A DNA stretch of 64,000 nt from Balanoglossus misakiensis (taxonomy: Eukaryota; Animalia; Hemichordata). Both the position numbers and the translations under genes were made by a program. Under the pieces are notes generated by a model, which made no database searches, was not told the DNA's origin, and worked only from the letters and a program-made list of their open reading frames with translations. The stretch's first letter is position 1. Each line of letters begins with the position of its first letter. Where the stretch lies: assembly GCA_040954595.2 (NCBI GenBank), contig CM082585.2:10032564-10096563 (forward strand), in the 5' to 3' direction. Below are positions 41,207-56,200 of the stretch, in pieces.

Positions 41207-44200
41207 GTTTTGAAGATTTTCATGAGCTATAACCCAAGATTTTTTTCAAGAAATGAAGAAATTTGTAAAATTCGCAAAGTCGAAAAATCGTTGTTTTTTG
41301 AAAATTTTCATGAGCTATAACCCATGATTTTTATCAAAAAATGAAGAAATTTTGAAAAGTCGAAAAATCGTCGTTTTTTTGAAGATTTTCATGAGCTATA
41401 ACCCATGAAAAAATTTGGAAAATTCGCAAAGTCCAAAAATTATCATTTTTTGATGATTTTCATGTTTGTGAAAAATGGCCAAAATGTGAAAATTCGCAAA
41501 GTCGAAAAATCGTCGATTTTTGACGATTTTCATGAGCTATAACCCATGATTTTTTTCAAAAAATGACCAAATTTTCAAAATTCGCAAACTCGAAAAATCG
41601 TCGATTTTTGACGATTTTCATGAGCTATAACCCATGATGTTATTCAAAAAATGACCAAATTTTCAAAATTCGCAAACTCGAAAAATCGTCGATTTTTGAC
41701 GATTTTCATGAGCTATAACCCATGATTTTTTTCAAAAAATGACCAAATTTTCAAAATTCGCAAACTCGAAAAATCGTCGATTTTTGACGATTTTCATGAG
41801 CTATAACCCATGATTTTTTTCAAAAAATGACCAAATTTTCAAAATTCGCAAACTCGGAAAATCGTCGATTTTTGACGATTTTCCTGAGCTATAACCCATG
41901 ATTTTTTTCAAAAAATGACCAAATTTTCAAAATTCGCAAACTCGAAAAATCGTCGATTTTTGACGATTTTCCTGGGCTATAACCCATGATTTTTTCAAAA
42001 AATGACCAAATTTTCAAAATTCGCAAACTCGAAAAATCGTCGATTTTTGACGATTTTCCTGGGCTATAACCCATGATTTTTTCAAAAAATGACCAAATTT
42101 TCAAAATTCGCAAACTCGATAAATCGTCGATTTTTGACGATTTTCCTGAGCTATAACCCATGATTTTTTCAAAAAATGACCAAATTTTCAAAATTCGCAA
42201 ACTCGAAAAATCGTCGATTTTTGACGATTTTCCTGAGCTATAACCCATGGTTTTTTTCAAAAATCGGCCAAATTTTGATTTTCCGCAAAGTCGAAAAATT
42301 GTCATTTTTTGATGATTTCCTGAGCTATAACCCATGGTTTTTTTCAAAAATCGGCCAAATTTTGATTTTCCGCAAAGTCGAAAAATTGTCATTTTTTGAT
42401 GATTTCCTGAGCTATAACCCATGGTTTTTTTCAAAAATCGGCCAAATTTTGATTTTCCGCAAAGTCGAAAAATTGTCATTTTTTGATGATTTCCTGAGCT
42501 ATAACCCATGTTTTTTTTCAAAAATCGGCCAAATTTTGATTTTCCGCAAAGTCGAAAAATTGTCATTTTTTGATGATTTCCTGAGCTATAACCCATGGTT
42601 TTTTTCAAAAATCGGCCAAATTTTGATTTTCCGCAAAGTCGAAAAATTGTCATTTTTTGATGATTTCCTGAGCTATAACCCATGGTTTTTTTCAAAAATC
42701 GGCCAAATTTTGATTTTCCGCAAAGTCGAAAAATTGTCATTTTTTGATGATTTCCTGAGCTATACCCCATGGTTTTTTTCAAAAATCGGCCAAATTTTGA
42801 TTTTCCGCAAAGTCGAAAAATTGTCATTTTTTGATGATTTCCTGAGCTATAACCCATGGTTTTTTTCAAAAATCGGCCAAATTTTGATTTTCCGCAAAGT
42901 CGAAAAATTGTCATTTTTTGATGATTTCCTGAGCTATAACCCATGGTTTTTTTCAAAAATCGGCCAAATTTTGATTTTCCGCAAAGTCGAAAAATTGTCA
43001 TTTTTTGATGATTTCCTGAGCTATAACCCATGGTTTTTTTCAAAAATCGGCCAAATTTTGATTTTCCGCAAAGTCGAAAAATTGTCATTTTTTGATGATT
43101 TCCTGAGCTATAACCCATGGTTTTTTTCAAAAAATGACCAAATTTTGATTTTCCGCAAAGTCGAAAAATTGTCATTTTTTGATGATTTCCTGAGCTATAA
43201 CCCATGGTTTTTTTCAAAAATCGGCCAAATTTTGATTTTCCGCAAAGTCGAAAAATTGTCATTTTTTGATGATTTCCTGAGCTATAACCCATGTTTTTTT
43301 TCAAAAATCGGCCAAATTTTGATTTTCCGCAAAGTCGAAAAATTGTCATTTTTTGATGATTTCCTGAGCTATAACCCATGGTTTTTCTCAAAAATCGGCC
43401 AAATTTTGATTTTCCGCAAAGTCGAAAAATTGTCATTTTTTGATGATTTCCTGAGCTATAACCCATGGTTTTTTTCAAAAATCGGCCAAATTTTGATTTT
43501 CCGCAAAGTCGAAAAATTGTCATTTTTTGATGATTTCCTGAGCTATAACCCATGGTTTTTTTCAAAAATCGGCCAAATTTTGATTTTCCGCAAAGTCGAA
43601 AAATTGTCATTTTTTGATGATTTCCTGAGCTATAACCCATGGTTTTTTTCAAAAATCGGCCAAATTTTGATTTTCCGCAAAGTCGAAAAATTGTCATTTT
43701 TTGATGATTTCCTGAGCTATAACCCATGGTTTTTTTCAAAAATCGGCCAAATTTTGATTTTCCGCAAAGTCGAAAAATTGTCATTTTTTGATGATTTCCT
43801 GAGCTATAACCCATGGTTTTTTTCAAAAATCGGCCAAATTTTGATTTTCCGCAAAGTCGAAAAATTGTCATTTTTTGATGATTTCCTGAGCTATAACCCA
43901 TGGTTTTTTTCAAAAATCGGCCAAATTTTGATTTTCCGCAAAGTCGAAAAATTGTCATTTTTTGATGATTTCCTGAGCTATAACCCATGGTTTTTTTCAA
44001 AAATCGGCCAAATTTTGATTTTCCGCAAAGTCGAAAAATTGTCATTTTTTGATGATTTCCTGAGCTATAACCCATGTTTTTTTTCAAAAATCGGCCAAAT
44101 TTTGATTTTCCGCAAAGTCGAAAAATTGTCATTTTTTGATGATTTCCTGAGCTATAACCCATGGTTTTTTTCAAAAATCGGCCAAATTTTGATTTTCCGC

Positions 44201-47200
44201 AAAGTCGAAAAATTGTCATTTTTTGATGATTTCCTGAGCTATAACCCATGGTTTTTTTCAAAAATCGGCCAAATTTTGATTTTCCGCAAAGTCGAAAAAT
44301 TGTCATTTTTTGATGATTTCCTGAGCTATAACCCATGGTTTTTTTCAAAAATCGGCCAAATTTTGATTTTCCGCAAAGTCGAAAAATTGTCATTTTTTGA
44401 TGATTTCCTGAGCTATAACCCATGTTTTTTTTCAAAAATCGGCCAAATTTTGATTTTCCGCAAAGTCGAAAAATTGTCATTTTTTGATGATTTCCTGAGC
44501 TATAACCCATGGTTTTTTTCAAAAATCGGCCAAATTTTGATTTTCCGCAAAGTCGAAAAATTGTCATTTTTTGATGATTTCCTGAGCTATAACCCATGGT
44601 TTTTTTCAAAAATCGGCCAAATTTTGATTTTCCGCAAAGTCGAAAAATCGTCATTTTTTGATGATTTCCTGAGCTATAACCCATGGTTTTTTTCAAAAAT
44701 CGGCCAAATTTTGATTTTCCGCAAAGTCGAAAAATTGTCATTTTTTGATGATTTCCTGAGCTATAACCCATGGTTTTTTTCAAAAATCGGCCAAATTTTG
44801 ATTTTCCGCAAAGTCGAAAAATTGTCATTTTTTGATGATTTCCTGAGCTATAACCCATGGTTTTTTTCAAAAATCGGCCAAATTTTGATTTTCCGCAAAG
44901 TCGAAAAATTGTCATTTTTTGATGATTTCCTGAGCTATAACCCATGGTTTTTTTCAAAAAATGACCAAATTTTGATTTTCCGCAAAGTCGAAAAACTGTC
45001 ATTTTTTGATGATTTCCTGAGCTATAACCCATGTTTTTTTTCAAAAATCGGCCAAATTTTGATTTTCCGCAAAGTCGAAAAACTGTCATTTTTTGATGAT
45101 TTCCTGAGCTATACCCCATGTTTTTTTTTCAAAAATCGGCCAAATTTTGATTTTCCGCAAAGTCGAAAAATTGTCATTTTTTGATGATTTCCTGAGCTAT
45201 AACCCATGGTTTTTTTCAAAAATCGGCCAAATTTTGATTTTCCGCAAAGTCGAAAAATTGTCATTTTTTGATGATTTCCTGAGCTATAACCCATGGTTTT
45301 TTTCAAAAATCGGCCAAATTTTGATTTTCCGCAAAGTCGAAAAATTGTCATTTTTTGATGATTTCCTGAGCTATAACCCATGGTTTTTTTCAAAAATCGG
45401 CCAAATTTTGATTTTCCGCAAAGTCGAAAAATTGTCATTTTTTGATGATTTCCTGAGCTATAACCCATGGTTTTTTTCAAAAATCGGCCAAATTTTGATT
45501 TTCCGCAAAGTCGAAAAATTGTCATTTTTTGATGATTTCCTGAGCTATAACCCATGGTTTTTTTCAAAAATCGGCCAAATTTTGATTTTCCGCAAAGTCG
45601 AAAAATTGTCATTTTTTGATGATTTCCTGAGCTATAACCCATGGTTTTTTTCAAAAATCGGCCAAATTTTGATTTTCCGCAAAGTCGAAAAATTGTCATT
45701 TTTTGATGATTTCCTGAGCTATAACCCATGGTTTTTTTCAAAAATCGGCCAAATTTTGATTTTCCGCAAAGTCGAAAAACTGTCATTTTTTGATGATTTC
45801 CTGAGCTATAACCCATGGTTTTTTTCAAAAATCGGCCAAATTTTGATTTTCCGCAAAGTCGAAAAACTGTCATTTTTTGATGATTTCCTGAGCTATAACC
45901 CATGGTTTTTTTCAAAAATCGGCCAAATTTTGATTTTCCGCAAAGTCGAAAAATTGTCATTTTTTGATGATTTCCTGAGCTATAACCCATGGTTTTTTTC
46001 AAAAATCGGCCAAATTTTGATTTTCCGCAAAGTCGAAAAATTGTCATTTTTTGATGATTTCCTGAGCTATAACCCATGGTTTTTTTCAAAAATCGGCCAA
46101 ATTTTGATTTTCCGCAAAGTCGAAAAATTGTCATTTTTTGATGATTTCCTGAGCTATAACCCATGGTTTTTTTCAAAAATCGGCCAAATTTTGATTTTCC
46201 GCAAAGTCGAAAAATCGTCATTTTTTGATGATTTCCTGAGCTATAACCCATGGTTTTTTTCAAAAATCGGCCAAATTTTGATTTTCCGCAAAGTCGAAAA
46301 ATTGTCATTTTTTGATGATTTCCTGAGCTATAACCCATGGTTTTTTTCAAAAATCGGCCAAATTTTGATTTTCCGCAAAGTCGAAAAATTGTCATTTTTT
46401 GATGATTTCCTGAGCTATAACCCATGGTTTTTTTCAAAAATCGGCCAAATTTTGATTTTCCGCAAAGTCGAAAAATTGTCATTTTTTGATGATTTCCTGA
46501 GCTATAACCCATGGTTTTTTTCAAAAATCGGCCAAATTTTGATTTTCCGCAAAGTCGAAAAATTGTCATTTTTTGATGATTTCCTGAGCTATAACCCATG
46601 GTTTTTTTCAAAAATCGGCCAAATTTTGATTTTCCGCAAAGTCGAAAAATTGTCATTTTTTGATGATTTCCTGAGCTATAACCCATGGTTTTTTTCAAAA
46701 ATCGGCCAAATTTTGATTTTCCGCAAAGTCGAAAAATTGTCATTTTTTGATGATTTCCTGAGCTATAACCCATGGTTTTTTTCAAAAATCGGCCAAATTT
46801 TGATTTTCCGCAAAGTCGAAAAATTGTCATTTTTTGATGATTTCCTGAGCTATAACCCATGGTTTTTTTCAAAAATCGGCCAAATTTTGATTTTCCGCAA
46901 AGTCGAAAAATTGTCATTTTTTGATGATTTCCTGAGCTATAACCCATGGTTTTTTTCAAAAATCGGCCAAATTTTGATTTTCCGCAAAGTCGAAATATTG
47001 TCATTTTTTGATGATTTCCTGAGCTATAACCCATGGTTTTTTTCAAAAATCGGCCAAATTTTGATTTTCCGCAAAGTCGAAAAACTGTCATTTTTTGATG
47101 ATTTCCTGAGCTATAACCCATGGTTTTTTTCAAAAATCGGCCAAATTTTGATTTTCCGCAAAGTCGAAAAACTGTCATTTTTTGATGATTTCCTGAGCTA

Positions 47201-50200
47201 TAACCCATGGTTTTTTTCAAAAATCGGCCAAATTTTGATTTTCCGCAAAGTCGAAAAATTGTCATTTTTTGATGATTTCCTGAGCTATAACCCATGGTTT
47301 TTTTCAAAAATCGGCCAAATTTTGATTTTCCGCAAAGTCGAAAAATTGTCATTTTTTGATGATTTCCTGAGCTATAACCCATGGTTTTTTTCAAAAATCG
47401 GCCAAATTTTGATTTTCCGCAAAGTCGAAAAACTGTCATTTTTTGATGATTTCCTGAGCTATAACCCATGGTTTTTTTCAAAAATCGGCCAAATTTTGAT
47501 TTTCCGCAAAGTCGAAAAATCGTCATTTTTTGATGATTTCCTGAGCTATAACCCATGGTTTTTTTCAAAAATCGGCCAAATTTTGATTTTCCGCAAAGTC
47601 GAAAAACTGTCATTTTTTGATGATTTCCTGAGCTATAACCCATGGTTTTTTTCAAAAATCGGCCAAATTTTGATTTTCCGCAAAGTCGAAAAATTGTCAT
47701 TTTTTGATGATTTCCTGAGCTATAACCCATGGTTTTTTTCAAAAATCGGCCAAATTTTGATTTTCCGCAAAGTCGAAAAATTGTCATTTTTTGATGATTT
47801 CCTGAGCTATAACCCATGGTTTTTTTCAAAAATCGGCCAAATTTTGATTTTCCGCAAAGTCGAAAAATTGTCATTTTTTGATGATTTCCTGAGCTATAAC
47901 CCATGGTTTTTTTCAAAAATCGGCCAAATTTTGATTTTCCGCAAAGTCGAAAAATTGTCATTTTTTGATGATTTCCTGAGCTATAACCCATGGTTTTTTT
48001 CAAAAATCGGCCAAATTTTGATTTTCCGCAAAGTCGAAAAATTGTCATTTTTTGATGATTTCCTGAGCTATAACCCATGGTTTTTTTCAAAAATCGGCCA
48101 AATTTTGATTTTCCGCAAAGTCGAAAAATTGTCATTTTTTGATGATTTCCTGAGCTATAACCCATGGTTTTTTTCAAAAATCGGCCAAATTTTGATTTTC
48201 CGCAAAGTCGAAAAATTGTCATTTTTTGATGATTTCCTGAGCTATAACCCATGGTTTTTTTCAAAAATCGGCCAAATTTTGATTTTCCGCAAAGTCGAAA
48301 AATTGTCATTTTTTGATGATTTCCTGAGCTATAACCCATGGTTTTTTTCAAAAATCGGCCAAATTTTGATTTTCCGCAAAGTCGAAAAATTGTCATTTTT
48401 TGATGATTTCCTGAGCTATAACCCATGGTTTTTTTCAAAAATCGGCCAAATTTTGATTTTCCGCAAAGTCGAAAAACTGTCATTTTTTGATGATTTCCTG
48501 AGCTATAACCCATGGTTTTTTTCAAAAATCGGCCAAATTTTGATTTTCCGCAAAGTCGAAAAACTGTCATTTTTTGATGATTTCCTGAGCTATAACCCAT
48601 GGTTTTTTTCAAAAATCGGCCAAATTTTGATTTTCCGCAAAGTCGAAAAATTGTCATTTTTTGATGATTTCCTGAGCTATAACCCATGGTTTTTTTCAAA
48701 AATCGGCCAAATTTTGATTTTCCGCAAAGTCGAAAAATTGTCATTTTTTGATGATTTCCTGAGCTATAACCCATGGTTTTTTTCAAAAATCGGCCAAATT
48801 TTGATTTTCCGCAAAGTCGAAAAATTGTCATTTTTTGATGATTTCCTGAGCTATAACCCATGGTTTTTTTCAAAAATCGGCCAAATTTTGATTTTCCGCA
48901 AAGTCGAAAAATCGTCATTTTTTGATGATTTCCTGAGCTATAACCCATGGTTTTTTTCAAAAATCGGCCAAATTTTGATTTTCCGCAAAGTCGAAAAATT
49001 GTCATTTTTTGATGATTTCCTGAGCTATAACCCATGGTTTTTTTCAAAAATCGGCCAAATTTTGATTTTCCGCAAAGTCGAAAAATTGTCATTTTTTGAT
49101 GATTTCCTGAGCTATAACCCATGGTTTTTTTCAAAAATCGGCCAAATTTTGATTTTCCGCAAAGTCGAAAAATTGTCATTTTTTGATGATTTCCTGAGCT
49201 ATAACCCATGGTTTTTTTCAAAAAATGACCAAATTTTGATTTTCCGCAAAGTCGAAAAACTGTCATTTTTTGATGATTTCCTGAGCTATAACCCATGTTT
49301 TTTTTTCAAAAATCGGCCAAATTTTGATTTTCCGCAAAGTCGAAAAACTGTCATTTTTTGATGATTTCCTGAGCTATACCCCATGTTTTTTTTCAAAAAT
49401 CGGCCAAATTTTGATTTTCCGCAAAGTCGAAAAATTGTCATTTTTTGATGATTTCCTGAGCTATAACCCATGGTTTTTTTCAAAAATCGGCCAAATTTTG
49501 ATTTTCCGCAAAGTCGAAAAATTGTCATTTTTTGATGATTTCCTGAGCTATAACCCATGGTTTTTTTCAAAAATCGGCCAAATTTTGATTTTCCGCAAAG
49601 TCGAAAAATTGTCATTTTTTGATGATTTCCTGAGCTATAACCCGTGGTTTTTTTCAAAAATCGGCCAAATTTTGATTTTCCGCAAAGTCGAAAAATTGTC
49701 ATTTTTTGATGATTTCCTGAGCTATAACCCATGGTTTTTTTCAAAAATCGGCCAAATTTTGATTTTCCGCAAAGTCGAAAAATTGTCATTTTTTGATGAT
49801 TTCCTGAGCTATAACCCATGGTTTTTTTCAAAAATCGGCCAAATTTTGATTTTCCGCAAAGTCGAAAAATTGTCATTTTTTGATGATTTCCTGAGCTATA
49901 ACCCATGGTTTTTTTCAAAAATCGGCCAAATTTTGATTTTCCGCAAAGTCGAAAAACTGTCATTTTTTGATGATTTCCTGAGCTATAACCCATGGTTTTT
50001 TTCAAAAATCGGCCAAATTTTGATTTTCCGCAAAGTCGAAAAACTGTCATTTTTTGATGATTTCCTGAGCTATAACCCATGGTTTTTTTCAAAAATCGGC
50101 CAAATTTTGATTTTCCGCAAAGTCGAAAAATTGTCATTTTTTGATGATTTCCTGAGCTATAACCCATGGTTTTTTTCAAAAATCGGCCAAATTTTGATTT

Positions 50201-53200
50201 TCCGCAAAGTCGAAAAATTGTCATTTTTTGATGATTTCCTGAGCTATAACCCATGGTTTTTTTCAAAAATCGGCCAAATTTTGATTTTCCGCAAAGTCGA
50301 AAAATTGTCATTTTTTGATGATTTCCTGAGCTATAACCCATGGTTTTTTTCAAAAATCGGCCAAATTTTGATTTTCCGCAAAGTCGAAAAATTGTCATTT
50401 TTTGATGATTTCCTGAGCTATAACCCATGGTTTTTTTTCAAAAATCGGCCAAATTTTGATTTTCCGCAAAGTCGAAAAATTGTCATTTTTTGATGATTTC
50501 CTGAGCTATAACCCATGGTTTTTTTCAAAAATCGGCCAAATTTTGATTTTCCGCAAAGTCGAAAAATTGTCATTTTTTGATGATTTCCTGAGCTATAACC
50601 CATGGTTTTTTTCAAAAATCGGCCAAATTTTGATTTTCCGCAAAGTCGAAAAATTGTCATTTTTTGATGATTTCCTGAGCTATAACCCATGGTTTTTTTC
50701 AAAAATCGGCCAAATTTTGATTTTCCGCAAAGTCGAAAAATTGTCATTTTTTGATGATTTCCTGAGCTATAACCCATGGTTTTTTTCAAAAATCGGCCAA
50801 ATTTTGATTTTCCGCAAAGTCGAAAAATTGTCATTTTTTGATGATTTCCTGAGCTATAACCCATGGTTTTTTTCAAAAATCGGCCAAATTTTGATTTTCC
50901 GCAAAGTCGAAAAATTGTCATTTTTTGATGATTTCCTGAGCTATAACCCATGGTTTTTTTCAAAAATCGGCCAAATTTTGATTTTCCGCAAAGTCGAAAA
51001 ATTGTCATTTTTTGATGATTTCCTGAGCTATAACCCATGGTTTTTTTCAAAAATCGGCCAAATTTTGATTTTCCGCAAAGTCGAAAAATTGTCATTTTTT
51101 GATGATTTCCTGAGCTATAACCCATGGTTTTTTTCAAAAATCGGCCAAATTTTGATTTTCCGCAAAGTCGAAAAATTGTCATTTTTTGATGATTTCCTGA
51201 GCTATAACCCATGGTTTTTTTCAAAAATCGGCCAAATTTTGATTTTCCGCAAAGTCGAAAAATTGTCATTTTTTGATGATTTCCTGAGCTATAACCCATG
51301 GTTTTTTTCAAAAATCGGCCAAATTTTGATTTTCCGCAAAGTCGAAAAATTGTCATTTTTTGATGATTTCCTGAGCTATAACCCATGGTTTTTTTCAAAA
51401 ATCGGCCAAATTTTGATTTTCCGCAAAGTCGAAAAATTGTCATTTTTTGATGATTTCCTGAGCTATAACCCATGGTTTTTTTCAAAAATCGGCCAAATTT
51501 TGATTTTCCGCAAAGTCGAAAAATTGTCATTTTTTGATGATTTCCTGAGCTATAACCCATGGTTTTTTTCAAAAATCGGCCAAATTTTGATTTTCCGCAA
51601 AGTCGAAAAATTGTCATTTTTTGATGATTTCCTGAGCTATAACCCATGGTTTTTTTCAAAAATCGGCCAAATTTTGATTTTCCGCAAAGTCGAAAAATTG
51701 TCATTTTTTGATGATTTCCTGAGCTATAACCCATGGTTTTTTTCAAAAATCGGCCAAATTTTGATTTTCCGCAAAGTCGAAAAATTGTCATTTTTTGATG
51801 ATTTCCTGAGCTATAACCCATGGTTTTTTTCAAAAATCGGCCAAATTTTGATTTTCCGCAAAGTCGAAAAATTGTCATTTTTTGATGGTTTTTTTTCAAA
51901 AATCGGCCAAATTTTGATTTTCCGCAAAGTCGAAAAATTGTCATTTTTTGATGATTTCCTGAGCTATAACCCATGGTTTTTTTCAAAAATCGGCCAAATT
52001 TTGATTTTCCGCAAAGTCGAAAAATTGTCATTTTTTGATGATTTCATGAGCTATAACCCATGGTTTTTTTCAAAAAATGACCAAATTTTCAAAATTCGCA
52101 AACTCGAAAAATCGTCGATTTTTGACGATTTTCCTGAGCTATAACCCATGATTTTTTCAAAATATGACCAAATTTTCAAAATTCGCAAAATCGAAAAATC
52201 GTCGATTTTTGACGATTTTCCTGAGCTATAACCCATGATTTTTTCAAAAAATGACCAAATTTTGATTTTCCGCAAAGTCGAAAAATTGTCATTTTTTGAT
52301 GATTTCCTGAGCTATAACCCATGTTTTTTTTCAAAAATCGGCCAAATTTTGATTTTCCGCAAAGTCGAAAAATTGTCATTTTTTGATGATTTCCTGAGCT
52401 ATAACCCATGTTTTTTTTCAAAAATCGGCCAAATTTTGATTTTCCGCAAAGTCGAAAAACTGTCATTTTTTGATGATTTCCTGAGCTATACCCCATGTTT
52501 TTTTTTCAAAAATCAGCCAAATTTTGATTTTCCGCAAAGTCGAAAAATTGTCATTTTTTGATGATTTCCTGAGCTATAACCCATGGTTTTTTTCAAAAAA
52601 TGACCAAATTTTCAAAATTCGCAAACTCGAAAAATCGTCGATTTTTGACGATTTTCCTGAGCTATAACCCATGGTTTTTTTCAAAAAATGACCAAATTTT
52701 CAAAATTCGCAAACTCGAAAAATCGTCGATTTTTGACGATTTTCCTGAGCTATAACCCATGATTTTTTCAAAAAATGACCAAATTTTGATTTTCCGCAAA
52801 GTCGAAAAATTGTCATTTTTTGATGATTTCCTGAGCTATAACCCATGGTTTTTTTCAAAAATCGGCCAAATTTTGATTTTCCGCAAAGTCGAAAAATTGT
52901 CATTTTTTGATGATTTCCTGAGCTATAACCCATGGTTTTTTTCAAAAATCGGCCAAATTTTGATTTTCCGCAAAGTCGAAAAATTGTCATTTTTTGATGA
53001 TTTCCTGAGCTATAACCCATGGTTTTTTTCAAAAATCGGCCAAATTTTGATTTTCCGCAAAGTCGAAAAATTGTCATTTTTTGATGATTTCCTGAGCTAT
53101 AACCCATGGTTTTTTTCAAAAATCGGCCAAATTTTGATTTTCCGCAAAGTCGAAAAATTGTCATTTTTTGATGATTTCCTGAGCTATAACCCATGGTTTT

Positions 53201-56200
53201 TTTCAAAAATCGGCCAAATTTTGATTTTCCGCAAAGTCGAAAAATTGTCATTTTTTGATGATTTCCTGAGCTATAACCCATGGTTTTTTTCAAAAATCGG
53301 CCAAATTTTGATTTTCCGCAAAGTCGAAAAATTGTCATTTTTTGATGATTTCCTGAGCTATAACCCATGGTTTTTTTCAAAAATCGGCCAAATTTTGATT
53401 TTCCGCAAAGTCGAAAAATTGTCATTTTTTGATGGTTTTTTTTCAAAAATCGGCCAAATTTTGATTTTCCGCAAAGTCGAAAAATTGTCATTTTTTGATG
53501 ATTTCCTGAGCTATAACCCATGGTTTTTTTCAAAAATCGGCCAAATTTTGATTTTCCGCAAAGTCGAAAAATTGTCATTTTTTGATGATTTCCTGAGCTA
53601 TAACCCATGGTTTTTTTCAAAAATCGGCCAAATTTTGATTTTCCGCAAAGTCGAAAAATTGTCATTTTTTGATGATTTCCTGAGCTATAACCCATGGTTT
53701 TTTTTCAAAAATCGGCCAAATTTTGATTTTCCGCAAAGTCGAAAAATTGTCATTTTTTGATGATTTCCTGAGCTATAACCCATGGTTTTTTTCAAAAATC
53801 GGCCAAATTTTGATTTTCCGCAAAGTCGAAAAATTGTCATTTTTTGATGATTTCCTGAGCTATAACCCATGGTTTTTTTCAAAAATCGGCCAAATTTTGA
53901 TTTTCCGCAAAGTCGAAAAATTGTCATTTTTTGATGATTTCCTGAGCTATAACCCATGGTTTTTTTCAAAAATCGGCCAAATTTTGATTTTCCGCAAAGT
54001 CGAAAAATTGTCATTTTTTGATGATTTCCTGAGCTATAACCCATGGTTTTTTTCAAAAATCGGCCAAATTTTGATTTTCCGCAAAGTCGAAAAATTGTCA
54101 TTTTTTGATGATTTCCTGAGCTATAACCCATGGTTTTTTTCAAAAATCGGCCAAATTTTGATTTTCCGCAAAGTCGAAAAATTGTCATTTTTTGATGATT
54201 TCCTGAGCTATAACCCATGGTTTTTTTCAAAAATCGGCCAAATTTTGATTTTCCGCAAAGTCGAAAAATTGTCATTTTTTGATGATTTCCTGAGCTATAA
54301 CCCATGGTTTTTTTCAAAAATCGGCCAAATTTTGATTTTCCGCAAAGTCGAAAAATTGTCATTTTTTGATGATTTCCTGAGCTATAACCCATGGTTTTTT
54401 TCAAAAATCGGCCAAATTTTGATTTTCCGCAAAGTCGAAAAATTGTCATTTTTTGATGATTTCCTGAGCTATAACCCATGGTTTTTTTCAAAAATCGGCC
54501 AAATTTTGATTTTCCGCAAAGTCGAAAAATTGTCATTTTTTGATGATTTCCTGAGCTATAACCCATGGTTTTTTTCAAAAATCGGCCAAATTTTGATTTT
54601 CCGCAAAGTCGAAAAATTGTCATTTTTTGATGATTTCCTGAGCTATAACCCATGGTTTTTTTCAAAAATCGGCCAAATTTTGATTTTCCGCAAAGTCGAA
54701 AAATTGTCATTTTTTGATGATTTCCTGAGCTATAACCCATGGTTTTTTTCAAAAATCGGCCAAATTTTGATTTTCCGCAAAGTCGAAAAATTGTCATTTT
54801 TTGATGATTTCCTGAGCTATAACCCATGGTTTTTTTCAAAAATCGGCCAAATTTTGATTTTCCGCAAAGTCGAAAAATTGTCATTTTTTGATGGTTTTTT
54901 TTCAAAAATCGGCCAAATTTTGATTTTCCGCAAAGTCGAAAAATTGTCATTTTTTGATGATTTCCTGAGCTATAACCCATGGTTTTTTTCAAAAATCGGC
55001 CAAATTTTGATTTTCCGCAAAGTCGAAAAATTGTCATTTTTTGATGATTTCATGAGCTATAACCCATGGTTTTTTTCAAAAAATGACCAAATTTTCAAAA
55101 TTCGCAAACTCGAAAAATCGTCGATTTTTGACGATTTTCCTGAGCTATAACCCATGATTTTTTCAAAATATGACCAAATTTTCAAAATTCGCAAAATCGA
55201 AAAATCGTCGATTTTTGACGATTTTCCTGAGCTATAACCCATGATTTTTTCAAAAAATGACCAAATTTTGATTTTCCGCAAAGTCGAAAAATTGTCATTT
55301 TTTGATGATTTCCTGAGCTATAACCCATGTTTTTTTTCAAAAATCGGCCAAATTTTGATTTTCCGCAAAGTCGAAAAATTGTCATTTTTTGATGATTTCC
55401 TGAGCTATAACCCATGTTTTTTTTCAAAAATCGGCCAAATTTTGATTTTCCGCAAAGTCGAAAAACTGTCATTTTTTGATGATTTCCTGAGCTATACCCC
55501 ATGTTTTTTTTTCAAAAATCAGCCAAATTTTGATTTTCCGCAAAGTCGAAAAATTGTCATTTTTTGATGATTTCCTGAGCTATAACCCATGGTTTTTTTC
55601 AAAAAATGACCAAATTTTCAAAATTCGCAAACTCGAAAAATCGTCGATTTTTGACGATTTTCCTGAGCTATAACCCATGGTTTTTTTCAAAAAATGACCA
55701 AATTTTCAAAATTCGCAAACTCGAAAAATCGTCGATTTTTGACGATTTTCCTGAGCTATAACCCATGATTTTTTCAAAAAATGACCAAATTTTGATTTTC
55801 CGCAAAGTCGAAAAATTGTCATTTTTTGATGATTTCCTGAGCTATAACCCATGGTTTTTTTCAAAAATCGGCCAAATTTTGATTTTCCGCAAAGTCGAAA
55901 AATTGTCATTTTTTGATGATTTCCTGAGCTATAACCCATGGTTTTTTTCAAAAATCGGCCAAATTTTGATTTTCCGCAAAGTCGAAAAATTGTCATTTTT
56001 TGATGATTTCCTGAGCTATAACCCATGGTTTTTTTCAAAAATCGGCCAAATTTTGATTTTCCGCAAAGTCGAAAAATTGTCATTTTTTGATGATTTCCTG
56101 AGCTATAACCCATGGTTTTTTTCAAAAATCGGCCAAATTTTGATTTTCCGCAAAGTCGAAAAATTGTCATTTTTTGATGATTTCCTGAGCTATAACCCAT

